Shown one piece after another: positions 26,290 through 35,419 of a DNA stretch of 64,000 bases. The first letter of the stretch is position 1, and each line of letters starts with the position of its first letter. The translations under genes and the position numbers were made by a program. The notes below the pieces were generated by a model. That model was not told the DNA's origin. It saw nothing but the letters and a program-made list of their open reading frames with translations, and ran no database searches. Where the stretch lies: positions 15,216-79,215 of the forward strand of contig JAQBQZ010000013.1 in the NCBI GenBank assembly GCA_028286725.1. Reading direction: 5' to 3'. Source of the DNA: Candidatus Tayloriibacteriota bacterium. Lineage in GTDB: Bacteria > Patescibacteriota > Minisyncoccia > Phycocordibacterales > CAIRYW01.

Positions 26290-26832
26290 ATGTCAAAACA
26301 AGCAGAAGGAGAGCGAAACTGGTATGCGATCCACACATACGCTGGATACGAGAACGCGGTGCTTCGAAACTTGAAGCAGCGAATCGAATCTTTGGGAATG
26401 GAGGACAGAATTTTTAATGTACTTGTTCCAACAGAAAAGAAAATCAAAGTTAAAGGTGGTAAGCGAGTAGAAGATGAGGAAAAAATCTACCCAGGATACA
26501 TTCTTGTGGATATGATTGTGACTGATGACTCTTGGTATGTGGTAAGAAACACTCCTCGAGTAACAGGATTCGTTGGATCTGGAGTATATCCTGTGCCTCT
26601 TGATAAGAAAGAAGTGGAAGTGCTATTCTCACGAATGAACTCGGGTACAGCAAAGCACAATATTGATCTTGATGTAGGGGACGCGGTTATCATCTCAGAC
26701 GGACCATTCAAGGACCTTGAAGGTAAGGTTGGGGAGGTTGACAGCGAGCGAGGAAAGGTTAAGGTATTAGTATCGATGTTCGGACGAGAGACTCCGGTGG
26801 AGCTCGACTTCCTACAGATCAAGAAAATATAA
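26290..26832 (+). CDS. nusG: transcription antiterminator NusG
   Basis: NWYAIHTYAGYEN NGN domain and a C-terminal KOW domain. Confidence 0.85.
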   Translation: MSKQAEGERNWYAIHTYAGYENAVLRNLKQRIESLGMEDRIFNVLVPTEKKIKVKGGKRVEDEEKIYPGYILVDMIVTDDSWYVVRNTPRVTGFVGSGVYPVPLDKKEVEVLFSRMNSGTAKHNIDLDVGDAVIISDGPFKDLEGKVGEVDSERGKVKVLVSMFGRETPVELDFLQIKKI

Positions 26833-26902
26833 CAACGATCCGTTTCTTGCCCGAAAGGGGCTTCTCAGGGAACAATGAAAATTAATTAAATAAATCAACA
26901 TT

Positions 26903-27325
26903 ATGGCAAAGAAAGTATTAAAGAAATTAAAGCTAGTTATTCCAGCAGGTAAAGCAACGCCTGCGCCGCCAGTAGGTCCAGCTCTCGGTCAGGCAGGTAT
27001 CAACATTGGAGACTTCGTAAAGAAGTTCAATGATGCTACAGCACAGATGCAGGGTGATATTATCCCAGTAGAAATCTCAGTATACGAAGACCGATCTTAC
27101 GATTTCGTTTTGAAGACTCCTCCAGCATCAGCTCTTGTAAAAAAGATGTTGAAGCTCGAAAGTGGTTCAGGAGAAAACCTTAAGAAGAAGGTGGGAACAA
27201 TCACAAAGGCACAGATCCGAGAAATTGCAGAAAAGAAAATGCCAGACCTAAACGCTGGATCAATCGAAGCTGCAATGAAGATCATCGAAGGAACTTGCAA
27301 ATCAATGGGCGTCGAGGTGAAATAG
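26903..27325 (+). CDS. rplK: 50S ribosomal protein L11
   Basis: [22 protein letters not shown]. Confidence 0.9.
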   Translation: MAKKVLKKLKLVIPAGKATPAPPVGPALGQAGINIGDFVKKFNDATAQMQGDIIPVEISVYEDRSYDFVLKTPPASALVKKMLKLESGSGENLKKKVGTITKAQIREIAEKKMPDLNAGSIEAAMKIIEGTCKSMGVEVK

Positions 27326-27428
27326 GTAACTTCGACGGGTCGGAGGCTGATGAAGCCGAGACGGGCCTGCGCAACTTTTCAGCAGAAAAGTATGTGTAGG
27401 TTGAAGTGAAATAAATAGACTTAAAATA

Positions 27429-27465
27429 AAAATGCACGGCGCCTACGGCGCCGTGCATTTTTATT
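27429..27465 (+). terminator. terminator ending the secE-nusG-rplK unit; no rplA/rplJ/rplL follows
   Basis: aaaatgcacggcgcctacggcgccgtgcatttttatt. Confidence 0.7.
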
Positions 27466-27517
27466 ATTGTTGTGTTACGTTTATTTAAACCCGTTATTTT
27501 AGGAAGGAGGTGAAAAT

Positions 27518-27679
27518 ATGACTGAACCTGTTCCAGATTATTGGACCAAGACAAGGATGGAGTATCATGCGCGCGGAGTGATGTATGACCCGAGACGGAT
27601 GCGTTTCTGGATGCACCACTGCCAGCCAATGTTCCGACCACAACCGAAAGTCCCCGTGCAACCAGAAGTGGCACCATAA
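27518..27679 (+). CDS. GC-rich 53-aa orphan ORF with a strong SD
   Basis: aggaaggaggtgaaaatATG, MTEPVPDYWTKTRMEYHARGVMYDPRRMRFWMHHCQPMFRPQPKVPVQPEVAP. Own terminator at 27699-27726. Confidence 0.35.
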   Translation: MTEPVPDYWTKTRMEYHARGVMYDPRRMRFWMHHCQPMFRPQPKVPVQPEVAP

Positions 27680-27698
27680 TGCTTCTCGGTACGAAGTC

Positions 27699-27726
27699 GC
27701 CAGCATCCCCGGATGCTGGTTTTTTA
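27699..27726 (+). terminator. terminator
   Basis: ccagcatccccggatgctggtttttt. Confidence 0.65.
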
Positions 27727-28221
27727 TTTCAATACTTTATATTCGAGCATTATTGTTCCACCTTCTGTCTTTTCTTCTGAAATGAGTTCGAGTTTAATGT
27801 CTAGATCTTTATTAAATACTGAAATACCTGTACCAAAAAGAATTGGCTCGATCGTGAGATAGATCGTATCAACAACTCCTGCTTCGAGAAACATTGTATA
27901 GATCTGTGATCCTCCAGAGATCGCTACTTCTCTGAACCCTCGTGCTTCAAGACTTTTGATGAGTTCTGCTGGAGGAAGTGTTGTTGTCTCTGCTCCTTCA
28001 AATGTTTCTGATCTTGAATAAACGATATTTAATCTGTCTTTGAGTGGACGAGGAAAAGTTTTGAATGTCGATGCACCGAGTACCACAACACCTGCTCTTT
28101 TTGAAAGAGTTACAAATCTCTCTTTGTCCTCCTTGCTCGTCCAATTAAAAGGGGAGTGGTTTTTGTCTTTGGCGATGAAGCCGTTTGCGGTCTGTGCTGC
28201 AAGTATAAATACTTTTATCAT
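27724..28221 (-). CDS. dihydrofolate-reductase-family protein (RibD C-terminal domain-like)
   Basis: AAQTANGFIA...VVLGASTF...ISGGSQIY pattern; last gene of the thyA cluster. Confidence 0.55.
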   Translation of the reverse strand: MIKVFILAAQTANGFIAKDKNHSPFNWTSKEDKERFVTLSKRAGVVVLGASTFKTFPRPLKDRLNIVYSRSETFEGAETTTLPPAELIKSLEARGFREVAISGGSQIYTMFLEAGVVDTIYLTIEPILFGTGISVFNKDLDIKLELISEEKTEGGTIMLEYKVLK

Positions 28222-28280
28222 GTTGCTTTTTATTAAATTCCTAAATATTTCACCCTTTAGGGTTAAGTTTACTGCTGAAA

Positions 28281-28619
28281 TTATCTATTGTCTCCGTTAC
28301 CTAAGTGAACTCCTCGTTCGACTCTGCTTCTGAGCTTTTCAAGATTTCCTTTTGCTATTTCTTCAAGTGAAATACCTGTGTGGTTTGAAATGCAGGATAC
28401 ATACCAGAGAATATCACCAAGTTCCTTAGCAATCATTTTCTTGTCCTCATCATCCCATTTGCCTTTTTTGTGCCAATAAATCTTTTTGAATTTCTCTGAC
28501 ACTTCTCCAGCTTCTCCCGCAAGCCCAAGAACAATTGCAAAAAAATCAGGATCATTAAGATCGAGTCCAGCGGAATGGTCTGTTGTTAATGCGAGTTTTT
28601 GATATTCTTCGAATGTCAT
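28281..28619 (-). CDS. MazG-like nucleotide pyrophosphohydrolase
   Basis: EAGEVSEKFKK...ELGDILWY. Start trimmed to MTFEEYQ to avoid overlap with dut. Confidence 0.6.
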   Translation of the reverse strand: MTFEEYQKLALTTDHSAGLDLNDPDFFAIVLGLAGEAGEVSEKFKKIYWHKKGKWDDEDKKMIAKELGDILWYVSCISNHTGISLEEIAKGNLEKLRSRVERGVHLGNGDNR

Positions 28620-28623
28620 AATG

Positions 28624-29046
28624 TTATTTTCCTGTGCTTCCAAATGAGCCAGCACCTCTTTCGCTATCGGATAATTGAGTCGTTTCCTCAATTTCAACAA
28701 ATTGAACTGGCATAATAAGCATTTGGATTATTTTGTCACCTTTTTCTAAAGTATATGCTTTATCGGACAGGTTCATTATTCCTGCGTGGATTTCACCTCT
28801 ATAGCCAGCATCAATCACAAAACCAAAACTTTTAAGACCGTGTTTATGTGAGAGGCCACTTTTTTCAAGCAAGAGTCCTGCGTGACCTGCCGGTATTTCC
28901 ATTGCAAGTCCAAGAGGAATTGATTTTCTTTCTCCTGGTAAAAGAGTTACTGTTTCTGGAGTAAAAAGATCAAATCCCGCGTCGTCATTATGTGCATAAT
29001 GCGGTATTTTGGCATCCGGATGAATTTTCTTAATTTTGAGTTTCAT
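28624..29046 (-). CDS. dut: dUTP diphosphatase
   Basis: AGFDL, GLLLEKSGLSHKHGL, IDAGYRGEI, SERGAGSFGSTG. Confidence 0.85.
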   Translation of the reverse strand: MKLKIKKIHPDAKIPHYAHNDDAGFDLFTPETVTLLPGERKSIPLGLAMEIPAGHAGLLLEKSGLSHKHGLKSFGFVIDAGYRGEIHAGIMNLSDKAYTLEKGDKIIQMLIMPVQFVEIEETTQLSDSERGAGSFGSTGK

Positions 29047-29050
29047 AAAA

Positions 29051-29536
29051 TTACATATTTGCGTAAGTTTCCATTTCTCCTGTTAATGCGACGATCTCAA
29101 TATTTGCTTCACTGAATATTCTTTTTGATTGCTTTGTTGCGTGATAGTCCTTTTGAGCAATCACTTTCTTTATTCCTGCATTAATAAGGATCTTTGCACA
29201 AATATAACAAGGAACCATTTTACAATAAAGAGTGCTCCCATCAATTGATATTCCCATTTTTGCTGCTTGGGCTACTGCGTTTTGTTCGGCATGAATAGTA
29301 CGAACACAATGCATGTGTTCTTCGCCATTGTCGTGTATTGCTTTATGCATTTCGTGGCCAACTTCATCACAGTGAGGTAGTCCCATTGGAGAACCTACAT
29401 ATCCTGTCACCAGAATTCTTTTATCTTTTACGATTACGCATCCTGCTCGTCCACGATCGCAAGTGCCTCGACTTCCGACGAGTTCTGCAATAGACATAAA
29501 ATATTCATCCCAGCTTGGTCTCTTGTGATTTTCCAT
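29051..29536 (-). CDS. dCMP deaminase (ComEB-like)
   Basis: HAEQNAV and PCYICAKIL zinc motifs. Confidence 0.8.
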   Translation of the reverse strand: MENHKRPSWDEYFMSIAELVGSRGTCDRGRAGCVIVKDKRILVTGYVGSPMGLPHCDEVGHEMHKAIHDNGEEHMHCVRTIHAEQNAVAQAAKMGISIDGSTLYCKMVPCYICAKILINAGIKKVIAQKDYHATKQSKRIFSEANIEIVALTGEMETYANM

Positions 29537-29545
29537 ATTTTTGTA

Positions 29546-30484
29546 TTATACAGCAATAGGAGCTTTTATTGGAGGGTGAGGATCGTAGCCTACAATTTCA
29601 AAATCTTCAAATTTAAAATCAAAAAAATCTTTGACATTAGGGTTTACTTTGAGTGTTGGAGCCTCTTTCGGTTCTCGGGACAGCTGTTCATTCACTTGGT
29701 CTAGATGGTTTAGATAAAGGTGCGTGTCACCTCCAGTCCAAATGAATTCACCCGGCTCAAGTCCTGTGACTTGCGCGATCATAATAGTGAGAAGGGAATA
29801 TGATGCAACGTTAAATGGTACGCCAAGGAATGTGTCACAACTTCTTTGGTAGAGTTGGCAAGATAATTTTCCGTTTGCAACATAGAACTGGTACAGACAG
29901 TGACAAGGGGGAAGCCCAGCTTTTGCCATTTCATCAATGTCAGCAGGATTCCATGCTGAAACAATCAGCCTTCTTGAATCTGGATTTTTTTTGATTTGCT
30001 CCACTACATCTTTCAATTGGTCTATCTCTCGTCCGTCTGGAGTTCTCCAGTGTCGCCATTGGTAGCCATAAATAGGTCCGAGATTTCCATACTCTTTTGC
30101 AAATGCTTCATCCGCAACGATTTTCTGAACGAATTCTTTAAGTCCCGATTTCCATTCTTCACTTTGCGTGTTTGGAATAGGAAGATTATTTCTCTTTAAA
30201 TAATCTTTGTAAGGCCACTCGTCCCAGATATGTACATTTCTTTCTGCAAGATATTTGAGATTTGTATCTCCCTTAATAAACCACAAGAGTTCATGAATGA
30301 TGCTTTGCATTGAAACTTTTTTTGTTGTAAGGAGTGGGAATCCTTTTTGAAGATCAAATCGCATTTGGTATCCAAATACTGATAAAGTTCCTGTTCCTGT
30401 TCGGTCAGTTTTTTGAGCACCATACTCCTTGATGTGTCTTAGGAGTTTTAAGTATTCTTCGTCGTGAGGGTTTATTTGTGACAT
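29546..30484 (-). CDS. thyA: thymidylate synthase ThyA
   Basis: [13 protein letters not shown], full-length conservation. Confidence 0.9.
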   Translation of the reverse strand: MSQINPHDEEYLKLLRHIKEYGAQKTDRTGTGTLSVFGYQMRFDLQKGFPLLTTKKVSMQSIIHELLWFIKGDTNLKYLAERNVHIWDEWPYKDYLKRNNLPIPNTQSEEWKSGLKEFVQKIVADEAFAKEYGNLGPIYGYQWRHWRTPDGREIDQLKDVVEQIKKNPDSRRLIVSAWNPADIDEMAKAGLPPCHCLYQFYVANGKLSCQLYQRSCDTFLGVPFNVASYSLLTIMIAQVTGLEPGEFIWTGGDTHLYLNHLDQVNEQLSREPKEAPTLKVNPNVKDFFDFKFEDFEIVGYDPHPPIKAPIAV

Positions 30485-30677
30485 GTCAAAATTATATCAT
30501 AGGCCCTTTTTCTTCGCTAAAATACACTAGAATATAGCTTTTTCGAGCTTTTTGGCCTAATGCTATCTTTTTAATATCCTGCTATTATATAGATATAAAC
30601 ACTTAATAGAATTTTATGATCTAAATCATTAAATCTGCCAGTCTCAACATTTATTATATTATTTAATTTTCATTTTT

Positions 30678-31868
30678 ATGAAGGACACACAGATCAAGAA
30701 GCTTATCGTCGCAGAGAACAAAAGACAGAAAGGAGTAATCAATCTCATCGCATCAGAAAACTATGTCTCAAAAGATGTACTTGAGGCACTTGGAAGTATT
30801 TTTGATAACAAATACGCAGAAGGATATCCGTATGCGAGATATTATGCAGGTCAAGAAAATACAGACAAACTCGAAACACTTTGCCAGGATCGTGCACTCA
30901 AACTTTTTAAACTAAAGCGGGCAACTTCAGAAACTAGCGGCTGGGCGGTAAATGTTCAGCCTCTTTCAGGATCACCTGCAAACCTTGCAGTGTATCTCGC
31001 ACTTGTACCACAAGGAGCAAAGATCATGGGACTTCCACTTACTCTCGGAGGACACCTCACTCATGGACAAAAAGTTTCTATCACAGGAAAAGTATGGAAC
31101 CAAGTTGCGATCCCTGTTGATGTAAAAACAGAATTGATCGATTATGCAAAAATGCGAGAGATTGCAATGCAAGAAAAACCGGCGCTCATCGTAGCAGGAT
31201 TTACAGCATACCCTCGAATTGTTGACTTCAAAAAAGTACGAGAGATCGCTGACGCATGCGGAGCATTTATGATGGTTGATATGTCACACTTTGCAGGACT
31301 TGTTGCAGGTGAAGCATATCCGACTCCATTTGATTATGCGGATGTGGTGACAACGACAACTCACAAGACTCTTCGAGGTCCACGAGGCGCCATGATCTTC
31401 TCGAAAGTGGATGCAAGAGAAATAAATAAAAAAATAGACAAGGCGATTTTCCCAGGACTTCAAGGTGGTCCACACATGGGGCAGATTGCGGGTATTGCAG
31501 TGGCTCTCAAAGAAAATGATTCTACAGCATTCAAGAAATATGCAAAACAGGTGATTAAGAACGCACAGGCTATGGCAAAAGAATTGCAGCGCCTCGGATG
31601 GAGAATTGTATCAGAAGGAACAGACTCACACCTAGTACTCGTAGATACATGGATGGACGGGAAGGGAATTCCAGGCAAAGAAGCAGAAGCAAAGCTCGAA
31701 AAAGCAGGAATCATCTGCAACAAAAATACTATTCCAGGCGAGACGCGATCACCATTTGATCCATCAGGAATTCGAATAGGTTCACCAGCAGAAACAACAA
31801 GAGGTAAGAAAGAAAAAGATTTCGTTATCATCGCAAGAAAGATCGATAAGGCGCTTCGAAGCAAATAA
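30678..31868 (+). CDS. glyA: serine hydroxymethyltransferase
   Basis: GYPYARYYAGQEN, TTTTHKTLRGPRG. Confidence 0.9.
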   Translation: MKDTQIKKLIVAENKRQKGVINLIASENYVSKDVLEALGSIFDNKYAEGYPYARYYAGQENTDKLETLCQDRALKLFKLKRATSETSGWAVNVQPLSGSPANLAVYLALVPQGAKIMGLPLTLGGHLTHGQKVSITGKVWNQVAIPVDVKTELIDYAKMREIAMQEKPALIVAGFTAYPRIVDFKKVREIADACGAFMMVDMSHFAGLVAGEAYPTPFDYADVVTTTTHKTLRGPRGAMIFSKVDAREINKKIDKAIFPGLQGGPHMGQIAGIAVALKENDSTAFKKYAKQVIKNAQAMAKELQRLGWRIVSEGTDSHLVLVDTWMDGKGIPGKEAEAKLEKAGIICNKNTIPGETRSPFDPSGIRIGSPAETTRGKKEKDFVIIARKIDKALRSK

Positions 31869-32542
31869 TGTCAAAAGGAAAACTCATTGTTATAGAAGGC
31901 GCTGATGGATCAGGGAAGGCGACGCAGACAAAACTGCTCGTCGATCATTTGGTTGAAGAAAACATTTCTTATTTCACAATTGATTTTCCTCAGTATGAAA
32001 ATAATATTTTTGGTGGATTCATCAAAGAATGCCTCAAAGGTGAACATGGGGACTTTGTAGGATTTGATCCATATATAGCATCCATTCCATACGCATGCGA
32101 TCGTTTTGAATCTAAGTCAAAAATAGTTGATGCATTAGAGCGAGGGGAAACTGTGATAATGGATCGCTATGTAAGTGCCAATCAGATTCATCAAGGAGGT
32201 AAAATAAAAGATGCAGAAGCAAGAGAAAAATATTTGAAATGGATCGATAAGGTGGAGCATGAAGTGTTTGGACTTCCAAGGCCTGACCTCATCATCTATC
32301 TTGATGTGCCATACTCAATTGTAAAAAAACTCGTACAAGAAAGAATTGCAAAAGAAGGAGGGGCAAGAGATCTTGTTGAAGAGAATGCGGAGTACTTGAT
32401 CAACTCTCAAAAGGCAGCGCTTGCTATTGTTATGCAGAAAGGAAGTTGGACCAAGGTCTCCTGTGCTGACGGTGAAGCGATGATGTCTCGTGAAGCAATT
32501 CACGAAAAAATTTGGGAGAAGGTAAAAGAAATTGTGAAATAA
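31868..32542 (+). CDS. tmk: thymidylate kinase
   Basis: IVIEGADGSGKATQ P-loop; DRY motif. Confidence 0.8.
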   Translation: MSKGKLIVIEGADGSGKATQTKLLVDHLVEENISYFTIDFPQYENNIFGGFIKECLKGEHGDFVGFDPYIASIPYACDRFESKSKIVDALERGETVIMDRYVSANQIHQGGKIKDAEAREKYLKWIDKVEHEVFGLPRPDLIIYLDVPYSIVKKLVQERIAKEGGARDLVEENAEYLINSQKAALAIVMQKGSWTKVSCADGEAMMSREAIHEKIWEKVKEIVK

Positions 32543-32545
32543 AAC

Positions 32546-32582
32546 AAGCGCCAGTCTCGAGAGAGGCTGGCACTTTTGTTTT
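32546..32582. terminator. terminator between convergent tmk and a small membrane gene
   Basis: gcgccagtctcgagagaggctggcac followed by a T-run. Confidence 0.5.
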
Positions 32583-32594
32583 GGCGATTGCTCG

Positions 32595-32843
32595 CTAAAG
32601 AACGAAATGGATGGTTGCCCAGAGAGCAACTGCAATGGCGATTGTCCATTGGGTTGCGAACAGGACCGTGCTCACTACCCACGACAATGCATTCATTGTT
32701 CGAGTAAATCCAGGATCACAGCCTTCATCTTGTTTCTTTATAATGATGTCGGCAAACTTGTATTGTGCAATTTTGGTGACAATCCAAAATGTGATGAGGA
32801 ATGGGAGGATGAGGTTGAGTATGGTGTTGTCAATGGTGTTCAT
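32595..32843 (-). CDS. small membrane protein
   Basis: Two TM helices; the overlapping plus-strand ORFs are judged spurious. Confidence 0.35.
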   Translation of the reverse strand: MNTIDNTILNLILPFLITFWIVTKIAQYKFADIIIKKQDEGCDPGFTRTMNALSWVVSTVLFATQWTIAIAVALWATIHFVL

Positions 32844-32923
32844 GCCTGTGTGGGTGGTGGTTATTGTCCGATATTTATTCTACTCTTTTTGCCACTTTGA
32901 GCAAATAATGGTTAAATGATGCT

Positions 32924-34624
32924 GTGTTTGATATATCTAACAAGATAAAGGATTTGGTAAAAAAAGCGGGGAGCAACCTCAGCTTGGATTTGGCTGTGGT
33001 CAATCTTGAACACCCAGACGATATTCAAAATGGCGATTATTCGACCAATGTAGCCTTGGCTTATGCAAAAGCTTTGGGCAAACCTCCTCGAGAAATTGCA
33101 GAACAAATCAAAAATGAAATTGTAAAATCTCTCCCAAATGAAATCTCAAAAGTGGAGGTGGCCGGGGCCGGATTTATTAACTTCTATCTTTCGAGAGAAT
33201 TCTTCGCGGAGAGTGTTGGGGAAATAATCAAAGATGAGGATTTTGGAAAAGGAAAAATACTTGAAGGCAAGACTGCATTATTTGAATATACAGATCCCAA
33301 TCCATTTAAGGCTTTTCATATTGGGCATTTGATGGCGAACGCTGTGGGTGAGACCCTTTCTCGAATCGCTGGCAACCAAGGTGCTACTGTAAAACGAATC
33401 TGCTATCAGGGAGATATTGGTCTTCATGTGGCAAAGACGGTCTGGGCAATGCAAAAGATGAAAGATGATATGCCAAAAGATACTGATTCATTTGAAGAAA
33501 AAATAAAATTCATGGGAGATGCATATGTACTCGGAACAAATACATATGATGAGGACGAAGTGGCACAAGCTGACATTAAAGTGATAAACAAAAAACTTTT
33601 TGAGAAATCTGATGCGGAACTTCAGGAACTTTATGACAAGGGGAGAGAGTGGAGTCTTCTTTATTTTGATCTCATTTATAAAAAACTGGGAACAAAGTTT
33701 GATGATTTTATCTTTGAAAGCGAAGTGGCGGATCTTGGCAAGAGAACTGTTGAGCAAAACATTCCAAATGTCTTTACAGAGAGCGAAGGAGCTGTGATAT
33801 TTAAAGGTGAGGATCACGGACTTCATACTCGAGTGTTTTTGAATTCACAGAGACTTCCGACATATGAGGCAAAGGAACTTGGTAATGCAATGGAAAAAGC
33901 TCGACGACATAAATTTGATATTTCAATTATCACTTCTGCAAGCGAGATCTCTGATTATTTTAAAGTGCTTAAATGCGTGATGGGACTTATTGATCCAGAA
34001 AATTCAGCCAAGACTCATTTTGTCGGACATGGAATGCTTCGATTTGCTGATGGTAAGATGTCATCGCGAAAGGGAAATATTATTACTGGAGAGTCTTTGA
34101 TTGATGATATCAAGGAGGTAGCAATGACCAAGATCGAAAAGGAGACAGATGATAAGGATAAAATCTCTGAAGCTGTGGCGATCGCTGCTATTAAGTATTC
34201 AATCCTTCGACAATCTCCAGGAAAAGATATTATTTTTGATCGTGAAAAGGCGCTTTCATTTGAAGGTGACTCTGGACCTTATCTTCAATATTCATTTGTA
34301 CGAACTCAATCTCTTTTGGAAAAGGCGAACAAAGCCAATCTTGAAGCTGGCATCAAAAATGTATCAGAAGATCTATTCAATATCGAAAAATTCTTGTATC
34401 GATTCCCAGAGATCACGACTCGTGCATGGGAAGAGAAGGCGCCGCAACTTATTGTTGAATATCTGACACAGCTCGCCGGATCTTTCAATAATTTCTACGC
34501 ACAAGGACTTATCATTAGTGACGCGTCCGATGCACCATATAAAGTAGCCATCACAAAAGCATTCAATATCGTAATGAAAAGAGGATTGGAACTATTGGGA
34601 ATACCGGTATTAAATAGAATGTAG
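32924..34624 (+). CDS. argS: arginyl-tRNA synthetase
   Basis: canonical FHIGHLMANAVGE, ArgRS N-terminal and anticodon-binding domain. Confidence 0.9.
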   Translation: MFDISNKIKDLVKKAGSNLSLDLAVVNLEHPDDIQNGDYSTNVALAYAKALGKPPREIAEQIKNEIVKSLPNEISKVEVAGAGFINFYLSREFFAESVGEIIKDEDFGKGKILEGKTALFEYTDPNPFKAFHIGHLMANAVGETLSRIAGNQGATVKRICYQGDIGLHVAKTVWAMQKMKDDMPKDTDSFEEKIKFMGDAYVLGTNTYDEDEVAQADIKVINKKLFEKSDAELQELYDKGREWSLLYFDLIYKKLGTKFDDFIFESEVADLGKRTVEQNIPNVFTESEGAVIFKGEDHGLHTRVFLNSQRLPTYEAKELGNAMEKARRHKFDISIITSASEISDYFKVLKCVMGLIDPENSAKTHFVGHGMLRFADGKMSSRKGNIITGESLIDDIKEVAMTKIEKETDDKDKISEAVAIAAIKYSILRQSPGKDIIFDREKALSFEGDSGPYLQYSFVRTQSLLEKANKANLEAGIKNVSEDLFNIEKFLYRFPEITTRAWEEKAPQLIVEYLTQLAGSFNNFYAQGLIISDASDAPYKVAITKAFNIVMKRGLELLGIPVLNRM

Positions 34625-34672
34625 AATATAGAATGAGCGACGCCCACGGCGTCGCTCATTCTATATTCTTTT
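34624..34672 (+). terminator. long palindromic terminator (about 21-bp arms)
   Basis: gaatatagaatgagcgacgcc cac ggcgtcgctcattctatattc. Confidence 0.7.
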
Positions 34673-34827
34673 ACCCCGTGTTATAATTACGGGACTCAAA
34701 TTAGAGTGTTAATTATTAGCTATTAAATTCACCTGAAAAAATTTGAACTGACATATTAAGCTAAAGCTTAATGCAGAGAAAATCAAAGATTTTCTATCAG
34801 CTCAAACTTTAAAGGATAAAACTTTTT

Positions 34828-35328
34828 ATGAAAATGTCTTGCTATAAAAATAAAAGTCTCGGACTTTTGGTGCTCCGACTCTTTGTTGGAGGTATCTTTC
34901 TCGTTCACGGTATCCAAAAGCTTATGAACATGGATGGAACTATCCAGTTCTTCTCACAGATCGGCCTTAACTCATTCTGGGCATGGGTTGTTGCGTTTAC
35001 TGAAACTCTCGGAGGTACGGCTCTTGTACTCGGACTTTTCGTTCAGTACGCATCAGCACTTCTCTCAATCGTACTTCTTGTTGCGATCATTACTGTTAAG
35101 TACAAGTTTGGAGGACCAACTCTTCTTGGTAAATTCGCAGCAGGCGAGGTAGATCTTGCACTTCTTGGTGCCAATCTTGCTCTCGTATTTGCTGGAGCTG
35201 GACGATACTCACTTTCAAAGTTCTGCAAATGTCACAAAGAAGGCGGTTCTTGCAAAGTGTGCAAGGTGATGGGATGTGAGACAGGAGACTGCGCAGGGAA
35301 ATGCGAAGGTGAGTGTGGAAAGAAATAA
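34828..35328 (+). CDS. DoxX-family membrane protein with a Cys-rich metallothionein-like C-terminal tail
   Basis: DoxX helices, then CKCHKEGGSCKVCKVMGCETGDCAGKCEGECGKK. Confidence 0.6.
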   Translation: MKMSCYKNKSLGLLVLRLFVGGIFLVHGIQKLMNMDGTIQFFSQIGLNSFWAWVVAFTETLGGTALVLGLFVQYASALLSIVLLVAIITVKYKFGGPTLLGKFAAGEVDLALLGANLALVFAGAGRYSLSKFCKCHKEGGSCKVCKVMGCETGDCAGKCEGECGKK

Positions 35329-35342
35329 TATCTAGAATTGAT

Positions 35343-35378
35343 AAATGCACCGAAGCGTAGCTTCGGTGCATTTTATTT
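35343..35378 (+). terminator. terminator
   Basis: aatgcaccgaagcgtagcttcggtgcatttt. Confidence 0.7.
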
Positions 35379-35419
35379 TTTGCTTGAATTTTCGTCACTT
35401 TTCGCCTAATATACACAAT

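Noticed and set aside
32607-32919. Two overlapping plus-strand ORFs of 97 and 102 aa
   Set aside because: They overlap a minus-strand small membrane protein in a short region between tmk and argS. Their Cys/His-rich composition looks like a GC-frame artefact. I kept only the minus-strand TM protein, at low confidence.
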